This document shows, in pieces, positions 1 to 13,035 of a stretch of 64,000 bases of DNA. Every line of letters begins with the position of its first letter. The stretch's first letter is position 1. The position numbers and the translations under genes were made by a program. The notes beneath the pieces are model-generated. The model did not search any database, was not told the DNA's origin, and saw only the letters and a list, made by a program, of their open reading frames with translations. The DNA is from Octopus sinensis (Eukaryota), in contig NW_021831846.1 in the NCBI RefSeq assembly GCF_006345805.1, positions 124,001 through 188,000 of the forward strand. Direction: 5' to 3'.

Positions 1-1933
1 GTGTCATTCTAAAAATTAGCAATCACATCATCAAAATTTCAAAGCTGAGATTTTTACCCAATTAATTCCACACAATGTGAATAAATGAGTATTACATTTG
101 ACAAGAGTAATCTGAATGCTAAAGGCTTAAATGAGAAATATCAAGTCTGGTGTTTTGACTTGAACATCTCAATGTTGTTAATACTGAGACTAAATAGTTC
201 TAGTTGAAAAGTTTAAAACCATTTTGATGGCTTCTCTGTCTGCAACTGGTTTAATGTTTTCAAGAGATTCTTTTGGCATTCTTGAATATTTTTTATTCTT
301 TTTTAAAACTATTTGGGACAGTTTTTACTCAGTTTTATGAAATGATGCATGATTAATAATTCAAAAATGTGAATAAACTTTACATTTGATAGTGTGTAAT
401 CTGAGAATGGCCTGATTGTTGTCTACGTTTGCCTCCCTCCCTTATATACACACCTCTCTGCTTTTTTGCATGTATACACCATGTATATATTTACAACTAC
501 TAGATCACTAAATTTAAACTGGCCATATCTTCCATGAATATTCTACCTGTTTTTTTAATGTTAAAGCTGGCCAGATCTGGCATCTTGTGCCTACCCTAAT
601 ATGTTTTTTTAAAAATAAACAATCATGTCATCAAAATCTTGAAGGTATGAGATAATGCATGATTAATTCAAAACAATGTGAATCGATAAACATTGTATTT
701 GATGGAGTAATCTGACCGCTAACAAATCATCTGATTGATGTCTATACTCCCCCCCCGCCCTTCCCACTCACAAAAGGAGCAGAGGTGTATGTATATACCA
801 TGTCCCCTCACACTGCACCTTACATACTCTCTTCAATTGCTGGCACTGCATGATTATCTGCCTTCATTCACAAAAAGGGTTGTTCCTTTTTTTTACCCTT
901 CTATACTACAAGAAATGTCAAATCACCTATTGCAATTTCCACCCTTTTGACACCATCCTGCGTGGGACTACCCATGATCTTATGATACAAATATCCTGCT
1001 CGAGTATTTTGTATGTTTTGTGTTCAAACTGGCCGATTCTGGCCTCGTACCTATCCTACACTGTCTTTCTAGAAATATGCAGTCACATTACTGAAATCTT
1101 GAAGTTACAAGATCATGATTTAATTCAAAGCAATGTGAATAATTGACATGGTTATCTGAATGCTAAACATTTTAATTATAACATTCCATCAAGACACCAT
1201 ATGTATGTTCCAAACACCAGCTTAATGAATGAGTTATTTTACTAATTTTTTAATCAAAATTAATTGAGACGAAGCAGTACATTTCTGTATAAATTTGATA
1301 AAATGTGTTACTCAGTATTACACTCACCGCCTTCGTATTACTAGTTGGAGGTGCTCGACCACCGAGACTAGTAATTGGGGTAGAGGTGCTTGACCACCAA
1401 GACCAGTCAACTGGGGGAAGAATTCTCTATATGGTCACTCAACATGCTAGAAACAGTAATCAAATTCCTTCAAATCATTCCTTACAGTTTTGAAAATAGG
1501 GAAGATTCACTAGCCAATATGGTCCAACATGTCCATTTATTTCAGTCATTGGACTGTGGTCATGCTGGTGCACCTTGAAGGGCCTCATAGAATCCACTCT
1601 GTACTTAAATCTGGTACTTATTGTTTCTTTCTGCCAAATCAGTTACAATGATGTAAATACTCTTAACATGTTGTCAGTTTCTCTCTTACGACAGGCTTTT
1701 TGCAGTTTCCAATTACAAATTTACTCACAAGGCAGAAGTTAGCCTAAGGCTATTGTAGAAGATACTTGCTTAAGATGCTACATAGTGGTTAAGTTTGTTA
1801 CTTAACAATGTAATTGCGTAGTGAACTAAAAACTTCATAGCGGTACCTGCACCAATATATATGTGATGATCATGGTTGGAATGGCCTTCCATGATAGACA
1901 AGCTTGATCAAGACTGACCTAAAACTATAGATA

Positions 1934-2317
1934 TCTTTATATATAAAAGTGAAGTTGTGTGTCTGTCTTCTACGATTTAGATTCCTAACTACTCCCACAT
2001 TTTGCGATGCAGTTTAACCAAAACCGGGTATCTTATAGTCGTAATTCATATGGAGCCCTTCTGGGTATTAGCGCGCATCTACGATGGGTCTACGATTTTA
2101 AAAATAATTTACCATTTTTTTTCCATTTTAATACATTTTTTCGCTATTATATAAGGGAAGTAACTCTCTAAAAATGTCTACGATGAGTCAACGATTAAAA
2201 AAAAATTTACCCCCATTTTTAATGCATTTTTTTGCTATTTTTTGGCTATAACTCTCTAAAAATGCTTATATACTTATTTCCCTTACAAACCCGAGCAACG
2301 CCGGGCGATACTGCTAG
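1934..2317 (+). mobile_element. Non-autonomous Helitron, copy 1
   Basis: A|TC 5' end, subterminal hairpin CCCGAGCAACGCCGGG, CTAG|T 3' end, no TSD; three more copies in the window. Confidence 0.88.
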
Positions 2318-3260
2318 TTGTTTATAAAAAAAAAATTACTATTCTATTCTTGTTTGAGCTTGTTAAGACTGATGTCAGTACACAGTTTCTAGCTTTAACA
2401 CTGAAGTTGATACAATGGAATACAAAATTTGATTTGTGGCTGTGTAGCTTGAGTGTCTTCAACTATAACCTTGGGCCAATGAATTCCTTGTGAGTGGATT
2501 TGATAGATGGAAACTGAATAAAGACCATTGTGGGCTTGTGTGATGTAGGTATGTGTGCGTTTGTGTATATCCTTGTTCAGACAGCAAGTTCTGGTTGTAA
2601 ACAAGCTTCATTGTTAGACAAACGGTGTCGTTCATATCCTGTCTTATGTGGAAAAACATGTCTAGCCATAGGGAAATATTATCTTACTTGGAAACGGGCA
2701 AGGGTTTGGTGACAGGAAGGGGGGCATCCAGCCATAGAAAAATCTGCCTCAACAAATTCCAGCTGACTCATGCGAATATCGAAAAAGTTTGGCATAAAAC
2801 CACACAATTTGCTGAAATTTTGCTTTAATCTCTTCCTTCTCCTCTTGTCCATACTTTTGTAGAACCTGGAAAGATTAGACGAATTTAACCCTGGCAGGAT
2901 TTGAACTAGGGATGTAGACATTTTTTTTATTTAAATATACTCTAAATCTTCAGTCCACCACCCACCACCACCCTTTTCTCTTTTGTAGTGACACATGTAA
3001 CGGATATTAGTGTGATGGGTAAAGTGAAACTGAGCTTAGTACACAAGTTCTACCTTATTTTTGTTGAGACCAGCAGGAACTGACTTCAAAATGTGAAGTG
3101 CTGAAACTGAAGCTAAAAACGAAAAAGCATTTTAAGATCTGTTAACCAACTGTTGTTGTACTTCAATTGTTCCCTTTATTATAAGGGCAAATCTTATACA
3201 CCAGTGGTTCTTAAAACCTGGACAGTTGGGCAGCCGCCTCCTTATGGGTATTTAGGGGTT

Positions 3261-3647
3261 ACTCCCTTTTACTTGTTTCGGTCATATGACTGCGGCTATG
3301 GTGGAGCACCACTTTTAGTCAAGCAAATCGACCCCAGGACTTATTCTTTGTAAGCCTAGTACTTATTCTTTCAGTCTCTTATGCCAAACTGCTAAGTTAC
3401 GGGGACGTAAACACACCACCATCAGTTGTCAAGCGATGTTGGGTGGGGGACAAACATAAACACACACACATACATACATACATACATACATATATATGAC
3501 GGGCTTCTTTCAGTTTCCATCTATCAAATCTACTCACAAGGCTTTGGTTGGCCCAAGGCAATAGTAGAAGACACTTGCCCAAGGTGCCACACAGTGGGAA
3601 TGGATCCAGTACCATATGGTTGGTAAGCAAGCTACTTACCACACAGC
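3261..3647 (-). mobile_element. tRNA-headed SINE family A
   Basis: Reverse complement of the 4013 copy; internal CA/TA microsatellite. Confidence 0.85.
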
Positions 3648-4012
3648 TGGGAAATAAATTAGGCTAGGTACAATTTTAGACATTTCAACTACAAAAAAAT
3701 TGTAGATTTGTATATGAAGATGACACTGGATTTTCAATGAGCAGAAACCTGATTGACAGTGCACCAAGCTTCACTATATAAGTCCTTACGTTCAGTAAGG
3801 TGATTATTCACATACGTACTTGTATGTTTACACATATGTGTATACACACAGATACATGTGTATAAAGATATTTGTTCAATTAGACTTTAATGTTATGCAG
3901 AGGTGTTTATTATCTATATTTTTTTAGTTCGTTGAAATTGATTTTTAAAAAAATATTTTTATTTGCAATACATAGAAGGAAGGAAGCATTTGTAAAATAG
4001 GATTCCACAACA

Positions 4013-4183
4013 GGCGCAGGAGTGGCTGTGTGGTAAGTAACTTGCTTACCAACCACATGGTTCTGGGTTCAGTCCCACTGCGTGGCATCTTGGGCAAGTG
4101 TCTTCTGCTATAGCTTCGGACCGATCAATGCCTTGTGAGTGGATTTGGTAGATGGAAACTGAAAGAAGCCTGTCATATATATG

Positions 4184-4214
<31 letters not shown>

Positions 4215-4400
4215 TTGTCCCCTTAGCATTGCTTGACAACCGATGCTGGTGTGTTTACGTCCCTGTCACTTACTGGTTCGGCAAAAGAGACCGATAGAAT
4301 AAGTACTGGGCTTACAAAGAATAAGTCCCGGGGTCAATTTGCTCGACTAAAGGCGGTGCTCCAGCATGGCCGCAGTCAATTGACTGAAACAAGTAAAAGA
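4013..4400 (+). mobile_element. tRNA-headed SINE family A (GGCGCAGGAGTGGCTGTGTGGTAAG...GACTGAAACAAGTAAAAGA)
   Basis: A-box-like TGGCTGTGTGG, B-box-like GGTTCAGTCCC, internal (TA)n(TG)n, simple-repeat tail; more than 10 copies in the window. Confidence 0.88.
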
Positions 4401-4696
4401 AAAAAAAACAGTGGTCACTCATCTCTAGGAAGATGAGAACTTCTGTTGTGGCGGGAGTATGGTTAATTGAAATGACATCACTACAATGGCTGGTGTTTGA
4501 TAAATCTGCTTGGACAAATGAATGGCAAAGTTGATTTCAACAGGATTTGAACCCTAACCCCTATTGTCATTTGTCTGGTGCCACACCACTTTTTTTTTTA
4601 TGTGGTTATCTTTCTCCTTTATTTTTTTTTAAATCATTAAATGAAAGATGTAAGATTTTAATGGTTGTTTCACTGTTTCAGATCCCAGCAGTGGGT

Positions 4697-4777
4697 ATGA
4701 TGGAAGGACGGAATGCTGAAACTAAGAAGACCGATGAAAATGTCCAGCCTGTTTCTCCCATCCATCAGTATAGCAGG
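4697..4777 (+). CDS. EIF4ENIF1: 4E-T coding exon 1 (MMEGRNAETKKTDENVQPVSPIHQYSR); exon acceptor at 4680-4681, exon begins 4682
   Basis: tttcAG acceptor, tandem ATG ATG at 4697, donor AGG|GTAAGT at 4778 (phase 0). Ends in YSR, which joins ERLL of the next exon to form the YXXXXLphi motif. The 15 nt before the ATG are in frame, so an upstream coding exon is not excluded. Confidence 0.88.
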
Positions 4778-4954
4778 GTAAGTACATGAAGCTTTCTAAG
4801 GACATGTTAGTCTCAATAGAATTAGTCAGCTCTAACATTTTTCTTAGCTTCTAGGTAGGACAATGAGAATAAGATTGAATATACTAGTGGTCAAGGTTGG
4901 GGGTTTTTTTTTGGAAGCAGCTTTCAAATAACTGGAACTTGTGACCATGTTTAA

Positions 4955-5174
4955 CCCTTTCATTACCAACCCGGCTGAAACTGGCTCTGGCTCTGAGCAC
5001 AAATGTCTTATTTTCATAAATTTCGAAATAAAATCTTCCACCAAACCTTAGTCATAATTTATGTTCCTAACACTATCTGAATGTTAACTAAGTTATTTTA
5101 CTAAGTTATTTGTTATATTTAAAGTAATTGAATGAAACACAGAGCATCTCAACAGAAATACAGTAACGAAAGGG
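4955..5174. mobile_element. TTAA-flanked piggyBac-type MITE (about 220 bp)
   Basis: TTAA|CCCTTTCATTAC...GTAACGAAAGGG|TTAA; opposite orientation to the copy at 6755. Confidence 0.85.
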
Positions 5175-6490
5175 TTAACTAACTGCCAAACCTTTGGTGT
5201 GTATTGACATTTTAGATGGTTAGTCATTGAGGCAAAACACACTGTTACAAATTGCTTGCCTTTATTGTATGATTGGTAGAAAGAATACCAAAGCAAAGCA
5301 GACTGTGGTCTTTTAACTCTGTGTTGTGTTCCTGGTAATGGTGGGAAGAGCTTAAATGTAATCTCTTCCAGATCCTTGTTGAAGCAGTAATGAACTCGCT
5401 TAGAAAGAAACAAAATACTAGAAATTAGTAACTGATCACCTTGTAACTTTGTAGTCAAGTTTGTTTGATTCATTGTTAACGATGTTCCCCGTAGCTGTTG
5501 TTACTGCTGTTTTTGATAATAAAATAAAAAAAAATTTTTTTAACGGATCTTTGGGATGAAACAATCAAGAGATGAACCCAGCACTTCATCTGGTGAACGA
5601 GCAAGGCCTAGACTCATTACAGTCAAGGAAATTAATATTTACCCTGCAAATGAAGTTTACTCTTATGCAGACAATGAGTGATTTGCACAGTAATGAGGAA
5701 AGTAGTGATTTGGGTAAACAAATATGGTAGGTCAGAGATAGGCCCACTCTTATTTTTATCTTGATGTAAAACTTTTTTTTTTTTTGTCTATTAGTCTTCC
5801 TGCAACTAGCAAATGTATTATTGTTATTCCAAATTTTCTTGTGATTCTGTTCATTAGCTGACCTACAATCATTATGCTTGAGTGTATGCAACTATTTATG
5901 TTTTTGCTCAGGGGCCCAGATGGAGGGTCAACTTACACACAGGCCCAAGTCTGGTGGCTGATGTTAAAGTTCTCATGACAATTTCTACTGTAGCATCTGT
6001 GATAAATATGGTACCTTGATAGCATTGTCTATGTAAAAGCTAAATCTTGTGCATTGATTTAAGGGTGCTGGGTGGGTAGGGTTAAGATCTATTGGTAATT
6101 GTTTCTATTGTCAGTCACAATTATCAGAAAGGGATCTGACCAAATAAATGTGTCTATGGTGGAAAATGGCATCACATGTAGCAAATGGTGCTAAGAGGGT
6201 AATCTTGATGTGCTGACATCTTGCTCGATTCAGAACCCCTACCTGTAATTCTTGGTTAATTCCTGGCTGCTCTTACTTTTGAAGTAATCAATCTCTGGGT
6301 GGCCAGAGCTCATGCATGTGTCTAATTTTGTTTGTCGATGCTGACATAATGATTCTTCTTGAGGAAGAACAGATGTATTGTGATTGGCATGATGTATCAC
6401 CCCCAGTGTCCCCATCACCACTACAGGGAAGCACTTTCATCTCTACCTGGGGTTGTCTGCTATTGAAAGACATTGAAACAAATAATTCAA

Positions 6491-7170
6491 GTGCCTTAAT
6501 TTCCCTGGGATAATGTTGATTCAGCTTTGCTTACAGGGCATATTAGGTTTATGATCTGTGTAGATGGCAAACTACCTACTTCCAAGTCTCAAAAATGTTT
6601 TGCATTCCTTTCTTGACTAAATACATTCTCATTTCAGTAGGTTTTAGCTTTTGTGATAAAAATGCTAGATTCCTATATTACTGCAGCTCTCTAGCAAGGT
6701 TTTACATTTTCAGGTGTCTTAATTTCCATGGATAATTGGTTTAGCTTTGCTTAACCCTTTCGTTACTGCATTTATTTAGAGATGCTCTGTGTTTCTTTCA
6801 ATTACTTTAAATATAATGAAGAATTTAGTAAAATATCTTAGTTATCATTCAGCCAGTGTAAAGAACATAAATTTTGACTAAGGTTTGGTGAAAGATTTTA
6901 ATTCAAAACTGATGAAAACAAGACATTTGTACTCAGAGCCAGAGCCAGTTTCAGCCGGGTTGGTAACGAAAGGGTTAAAGGGCAAATACGTAGGGTTTAT
7001 GGCCTGTGTGTGAGGCAAACTACCTACTTCTGAGTCTCAAAAATGTTTTGCTCTTATTTACATAGTGACTCTCAAATAAATACATCCTCATTTCAATACG
7101 CTTCAGCTTTTGTCATAAAAATGCAACAGGTTCCTATGTTATTGCAGCACTCTAGCAAGGTATTAACATT
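6491..7170 (+). repeat. Diverged tandem duplication of a unit of about 220 bp, second unit interrupted by a MITE
   Basis: Shared blocks GGCAAACTACCTACTT, AGTCTCAAAAATGTTTTGC, AGCTTTTGT.ATAAAAATGC and CTCTAGCAAGGT in both units. Confidence 0.85.
6755..6974. mobile_element. TTAA-flanked piggyBac-type MITE
   Basis: TTAA|CCCTTTCGTTAC...GTAACGAAAGGG|TTAA perfect terminal inverted repeats; interrupts a local duplication. Confidence 0.88.
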
Positions 7171-7825
7171 GTAAGTTCAGTGAAATCATTCTTTGATGCG
7201 ATGGAAAACAGTCTTGCTCGCATTTGGCCCATGCAAAAGATTTGCACGAACACTTGAGATGCTTCCAAAATAGATCTGTATTTGAGATGAGAGTGAGTGG
7301 TTGCTGCTCCTCATTCAAGAAAGGCATGAAAGTTCATGAAACTTAGAAATTATTACGGTTGCCAAATGACAGTGAGAGTAGTGTGTGTCCTCCACCACTG
7401 TAGGGCTCACACACTCATACACAATGGAGAAATCCTTTGGGCTGTGTGTGGTATGTTGTCTTAAGAAAATCAAGGCTTTCAACACTTGGCTGAGATATTG
7501 CATTGGTGACAACAACCTTCTCGACTGTAGTATATGACTGGTATGGAGTGTGTTGATACTTGTATTGGTGTCTTGTTAGCAACTAAAACTATGTTGATGG
7601 ATATGTAGAGGAAAGATGTCCATTGTCACTCAGTCTATAAACTGTTGAAAAATCATGTATTGTGGTAAACCTAATGGCATGTGGTGTAAATTCTGAACTT
7701 GCAGCTCTAGGTTGGGAATTAAGAGTTGGTTGCTTGTTAGCCATGTTGGCTATACTTCAACCCTTTAGCGTTCAAAATACTCTCGTCAAATGTAATGCTT
7801 ATTTATTTACACTGTTCTAAATTTT

Positions 7826-8175
7826 GTGAAGGCACATGGCTCAGTGGTTAGAGCGTCGAGCTTACGATCGTGAGGTTGTGAGCTCGAATCCCGGACCGGG
7901 CTGCGTGTTGTGTTCTTGAGCAAGACACTTTATTTCACGTTGCTCCAGTTCACTCAGCTGTAGAAATGAGTTGCAACATCACTGGTGCCAAGCTGTATCG
8001 GCCTTTGCCTTTTTCTCTTGGATAACACTGGTGGCGTGGAGAGGGGAGGCCGGTATGCATGGGCGACTGCTGGTCTTCCATAAACCACCTTGCCCAGACT
8101 TGTGACTAGGAGGGTAACTTTCTAGGTGCAATCCCATGGTCAGTGTCGTGACCGAGGAGGGTCCCAGATCCCGGA
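7826..8175 (+). mobile_element. tRNA-headed SINE family C (GTGAAGGCACATGGCTCAGTGGTTAGAGC)
   Basis: A and B boxes; TSD TCTAAATTTT; nested in an older MITE. Confidence 0.86.
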
Positions 8176-9073
8176 TCTAAATTTTGCAATATCTAGCAGC
8201 TTTGTGACTTTGTGATTGTATATCTTAGAATGACATTGTAGGGTAGGTTTGATAGGCTGGATCTGGTTAGTTTGAACATAAAACAGATACAATATTTTGG
8301 GTTGGATATGGCTGGCTGATATGCTAAATGGTTAAAGGCCTAAGACAACATTGCGATTAAATTGTATCAGGCTCAGCAGTATTAATAAACCATGATTGTT
8401 TTATCAATTGAAATTCAATACATAGGCATGGGCATGGTCATAAGGTAAGAAGCTTGCTTCCCAACCACTTTGTTCTGGGTTCAGTCCCAGTGTGGTACCT
8501 TGGGCAAGTCTTTTATATCTTTGGGCTGACCAAAACCTTGTGTGTGGATTTGGTAGATTTGAAAGAAGCTTGGTGTGTGTGTGTGTGTGTGTGTGTGTCT
8601 TTGTGTCTGTCCTCCCCATCATTGCTTGACAACTAGTGTTGGTGTGTTTACGTCTCCATAACTTAGTGTTTCGGCAAAAGAGACTGGTAGAATAAGTACT
8701 AGGTTTCAAAAAAAGCAAGTCTTGGGGTTGATATGCTTGACTAAAACTCTTCATGGTGGTGCTCCAGCATGGCTGCAATCAAATAACTTTGTGTAAAAGA
8801 ATATATAATTGATAAATTGAAATCCTCTTTACATGTTCTTGTTAATTAGCTGAGGGAAAAATCTCGGCAAAACAGTATTTACTATACAATGTTAGACAGT
8901 AAAGTGTTTACAAGAACAGAAAAAAACCCCCTAATGTGTGGTCAGTTGTGCACAAAATTCTTAGCATGGTATGTAATTGTATGAAAGTGGTTAGGTGTGT
9001 ATATAAACAGAACAAAAGCATAGACATATACAACAGTATTAAGTTAGATTGTAACATATTTATACTAATATAA

Positions 9074-9356
9074 CGTGACTGACCAGACCATCAGATGTTG
9101 TTACACATCGCTGGTCACAATGCATTCGCATTGTTTTAGCCTTCGAATGACGCCACCCCACTGGCTAAGCGAGCAGGCCAACAGAAGAAAGAGTGGTGAA
9201 AGAGTACAGCAGGGATCACCACCCCCTGCCGGAGCCTTGTGGAGCTTTTAAGTGTTTTTGCTCAATAAACACACACAACGCCCTGTCTGGGAATCGAAAC
9301 CACGATCCTGTGACCGCGAGTCCGCTGCCCTAACCACTAGGCCATTGCGCCTCCAC
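9074..9356 (-). mobile_element. SINE with family B head and a different tail
   Basis: Same head and body as the 14391 copy, unrelated 3' part of about 110 nt; 14-bp TSD TTATACTAATATAA at 9060-9073 and 9357-9370. Confidence 0.86.
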
Positions 9357-9544
9357 TTATACTAATATAATGGGAAGTAATTGCCACCACACCAAATCAC
9401 AGCCTACTGATGAACACACACAACATTTTGTGTGTGGCTGATAATTATAGGAGATCAAAAGTTCCAACTGTGGGAAATTTTTAATAGTTGCAATCTGAAC
9501 AGGTAGACTCCAGGAGGAGGCAGAAAGCCAGTCCATAGTATTAA

Positions 9545-9754
9545 CCCTTTCATTACTGTATTTATTTAGAGATGCTCTGTGTTTCTTTCAATTACTTTAA
9601 ATATAACAATTTAGTAAAATAACTTGGTTATCATTCAGACAGTGTTAGGAACATAAATTGCGACTAAGATTTGGTGGAAGATTTTAATTCAAAACTTATG
9701 AAAACAAGACATTTGTACCCAGAGCCAGTTTCAGCCGGGTTGGTAACGAAAGGG
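9545..9754. mobile_element. TTAA-flanked piggyBac-type MITE
   Basis: Same TIRs and body as the 6755 copy. Confidence 0.85.
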
Positions 9755-10742
9755 TTAAGACATAGTTTGGTAAGTAGAGGAGATATATATATATATATAA
9801 TATATGTGTGTGTATGTACATACATATATATGTATATGCATATATGGGTACAGGATGTCATAAAACGTAAACATGAAATACGAAAACTTGGAATACAAAC
9901 TATTTTTGTGAACGATGAAAGAAACATGGAAAACAAGACAAGTAGCAAAGAACGACCCTTCATCATTTGTCGGCTGTTTATCTACTCCACCTTTGAAGCA
10001 ATTATGACAAGATGTGTCTTTGAGGGAATAGTTGCTCCCGCAAAGCAAAATTGGGATTTGCAGATGGTCAAAGTTGGTAACAAGAACAGGACAGTGAAAA
10101 CAAACAGTAAGGGCTGCTAAGCCATAATGAGGTGAGGTATATATATATATATATATATATACATACACACACACAGAGGATCATCCTTTTAACATCTACT
10201 TTTCCATGCACGCATGGGGTGGATGGAATTTGTCAAGGCAGATTTTTCTACATCCAGATGCCCTTGTTGCCAGCCCTCATCTGTTTCTAAGCAAGGTATT
10301 ATTTCCGCATGGCCAAACATCTTTCCATGTAAGATTCTAAACATGCTGCTTGTATAATGGTGGTGCTTGTTTACAGCTATCACACAATGTCAATGCAAGA
10401 TGGCAGCAACACCCACGCACACCCTTTATCATTTAACGTCCCTTTTCAGTGCTAGTTTGGGTTGGACATGTATATAACTTTACTTTTTTAGTTTCCATCT
10501 ATCAAATTTGCTCATAAGGCTTTGGTGATATATCCTAAAACCAAGGTATCACTGTAAAAAGTGATGATGGTGCCATGTAAAAAGCACCCAGTACATTCTG
10601 TGGAGTGGTTTGTGTTAGGAAGGGCACAAAACCATAAGACAGTGCAATGGAGTCTGGCCCCTGGCCTTGCCAATTCCTGTCAAGCCAGCCAACCCATGTC
10701 AGTATTGGAAAATGGACTTCAAATGATGATGATGGTACATAT

Positions 10743-10939
10743 TACTCTTTTACTTGATTCAGTCATTTGACTGCGGCCATGCTGGAGCACCACCTTTAGT
10801 CAAGCAAACCGACCCCGGGACTTATTCTTTGTAAGCCCAGTACTTATTCTATCGGTCTCTTTTGCCGAACCGCTAAGTGACGGGGACGTAAACACACCAG
10901 CATCGGTTGTCAAGCGATGTTGGGGGGACAGACACACAA

Positions 10940-10980
<41 letters not shown>

Positions 10981-11134
10981 CGACAGGCTTCTTTCAGTTT
11001 CCGTCTACCAAATCCACTCACAAGGCATTGGTCGGCCCGGGGCTATAGCAGAAGACACTTGCCCAAGGTGCCACGCAGTGGGACTGAACCCGGAACCATG
11101 TGGCTGTTTAGCAAGCTACTTACCACACAGCCAC
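10743..11134 (-). mobile_element. SINE family A
   Basis: Near-identical to other family A copies. Diverged + copies at about 8425-8800 and 11816-12350. Confidence 0.85.
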
Positions 11135-11897
11135 ATATATGTATGTTCGCTTGCGAGTTGATTTTTGGTTAACTGCCAAAAGTGTAAATCTAACAAACAT
11201 TAATCTTCCAAAAATAACGTGCTTTTTTCCAACAAAAATGGTGTGCTTACAGTTTAATCCCTGTGAAAATGGTAACTTGTTAATTAATGCTCTTTGGTTA
11301 GCACAAGTGATATGTTTATAAATGCAACAGAAGTTGCATGGCGGGATGGTTTAGAAGTTCACTTTGCAGTTTCTGTGGCTGGGTTCAATCCGCTTGTATG
11401 TCATCTTGGAGCAAGTGACTTCTACCACTGCCATGGGTCAGCTCTGCTCGAATTTTCTGAGCAGAATTAGACTAAAACTGTAGAAGCCTGGTGTATGGAT
11501 TGTACATGGTATTCAAAGCTATCATTGCATTGATCCTACTTGAGGATTATGTTACAGGAATGCAACTCTGTGGAATACTCAGCCACTTTTATGCTAATTC
11601 AGTGAGCAGGTAATTCAGTTAATCAAACAGCTGAAGCCTTATTGTTGAGGCTAGAGATCCTATTTTCTTCATTCCTATTGTACTAAAAAATCTGTAGAGG
11701 GTAGAAGGTACATATACAATATTGTATATGTACTGTAAGACTTTTCAGCAGAGAATTGGGTAAAATTCAATCATTTTCTTTTCCTTTTTAAATATTGTAA
11801 TTAGCTTAAGCATATAGGCATGTGCATGGTTGTGTAGTTAAGGAGTTTGCTTTGCAACCACATGGTTTCAGGTTCAGTCTCACTGCACGGTATCTTA

Positions 11898-12091
11898 GGT
11901 GAGCTGGCAGAAACGTTAGCACGCCGGGCGAAATGCTTAGCGGTATTTCATCTGCGTTACGTTGTGAGTTCAAATTCCACCGAGGTCGACTTTGCCTTTC
12001 ATCCTTTCGGGGTGATGTAATCGACTTAATACCTATGTCTGTCCTTGTTTGTCCCCTCTGTGTTTAGCCCCTTGTGGGTAATAAAGAAATA
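11898..12091 (+). mobile_element. Short SINE family D nested in a family A copy
   Basis: GAGCTGGCAGAAACGTTAGCACG...TAAAGAAATAG; TSD GGTATCTTA(GG) splits the host SINE. Confidence 0.85.
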
Positions 12092-12961
12092 GGTATCTTA
12101 GGCAAGTGTCTACTACTATAGCCCCGGGTTGACCAATGACATGTGAGTAAATTTGGTACATGGAAACTGTGAGAGCCTCCCATTGTTTTATTGCGTTTCT
12201 TGGCTTTTTTACTAGTAATCTATCGGCAAAAGAAACTAATATATGTACCAGACTTAAAAAGGAAAATACTGAAGTCAGTTTGTTCAAAGAACTCTTCAAG
12301 ACAATGCCCCAGTCTGGTCAGTTCTGAGACCGAAACTGTAAAAGATAAAAGTTCACTGCTGGTGAATAGCAATGAGTCTTGTCATTGTTGAAATATAGAA
12401 TTTGCTGGTTCAGTCTGGACCATGGTATTAGTGGCAGGCAAAGGAATGTATGGTATGAAACTTAGTATTATTTGCTAGAGTTTTGTTCGGCAACAGGTTA
12501 AAGTTCAAATATTCAAGTTTGTCGGGCTACGTTTCCGTCCTTTGTGTCAAAGTCACATTGGATAATTTAGATCTAGATGCACTTTGCCTTAAAAAAGAAA
12601 AAAAAAGGTGAAAATAAAAAGAGCCAGAAGAAAGTAACAAGAATGTTTAATTGTAGTTATTTGATCAGGCCTGACCTGTGGTTAAATAACATTCTTCCAC
12701 ATGATGTCAGTTTGGACTGTGTTTTTGTGGTATTAGCACTGCTGTAGATAAGTTTGGTTGTGGAGTTTGTTCATTTTGTGTCCAGTAAGTCTTCATCTAG
12801 CCCAGTGGTTCCCAGAGTTAGTGGTACTGCCCCTCTGAAGATGGAGGAATATTTTTCAGCTGTAATTCCTTTCTGTCGCTAACTTTTGTTGAACTGCTAA
12901 CAATTTCTGAGAAGTTAACAATTTCAAGCATTTCTTAAAGTTGAATTTTATTTAATTTCAG

Positions 12962-13035
12962 GAAAGACTTCTAGAGTTGAAAAAGGTTCCTGCTGCCAGG
13001 AGCAAGCCATTAGGTCTTTCGAAAGAATTTTACAC
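12962..13035 (+). CDS. EIF4ENIF1: 4E-T coding exon 2 (ERLLELKKVPAARSKPLGLSKEFY[T])
   Basis: tttcAG acceptor, AC|GTAAGT donor, 74 nt, phase 0 to 2. Resembles vertebrate 4E-T EELLDIKELPHSKQRPSCLSEKY. Missed by the ORF track. Confidence 0.93.
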
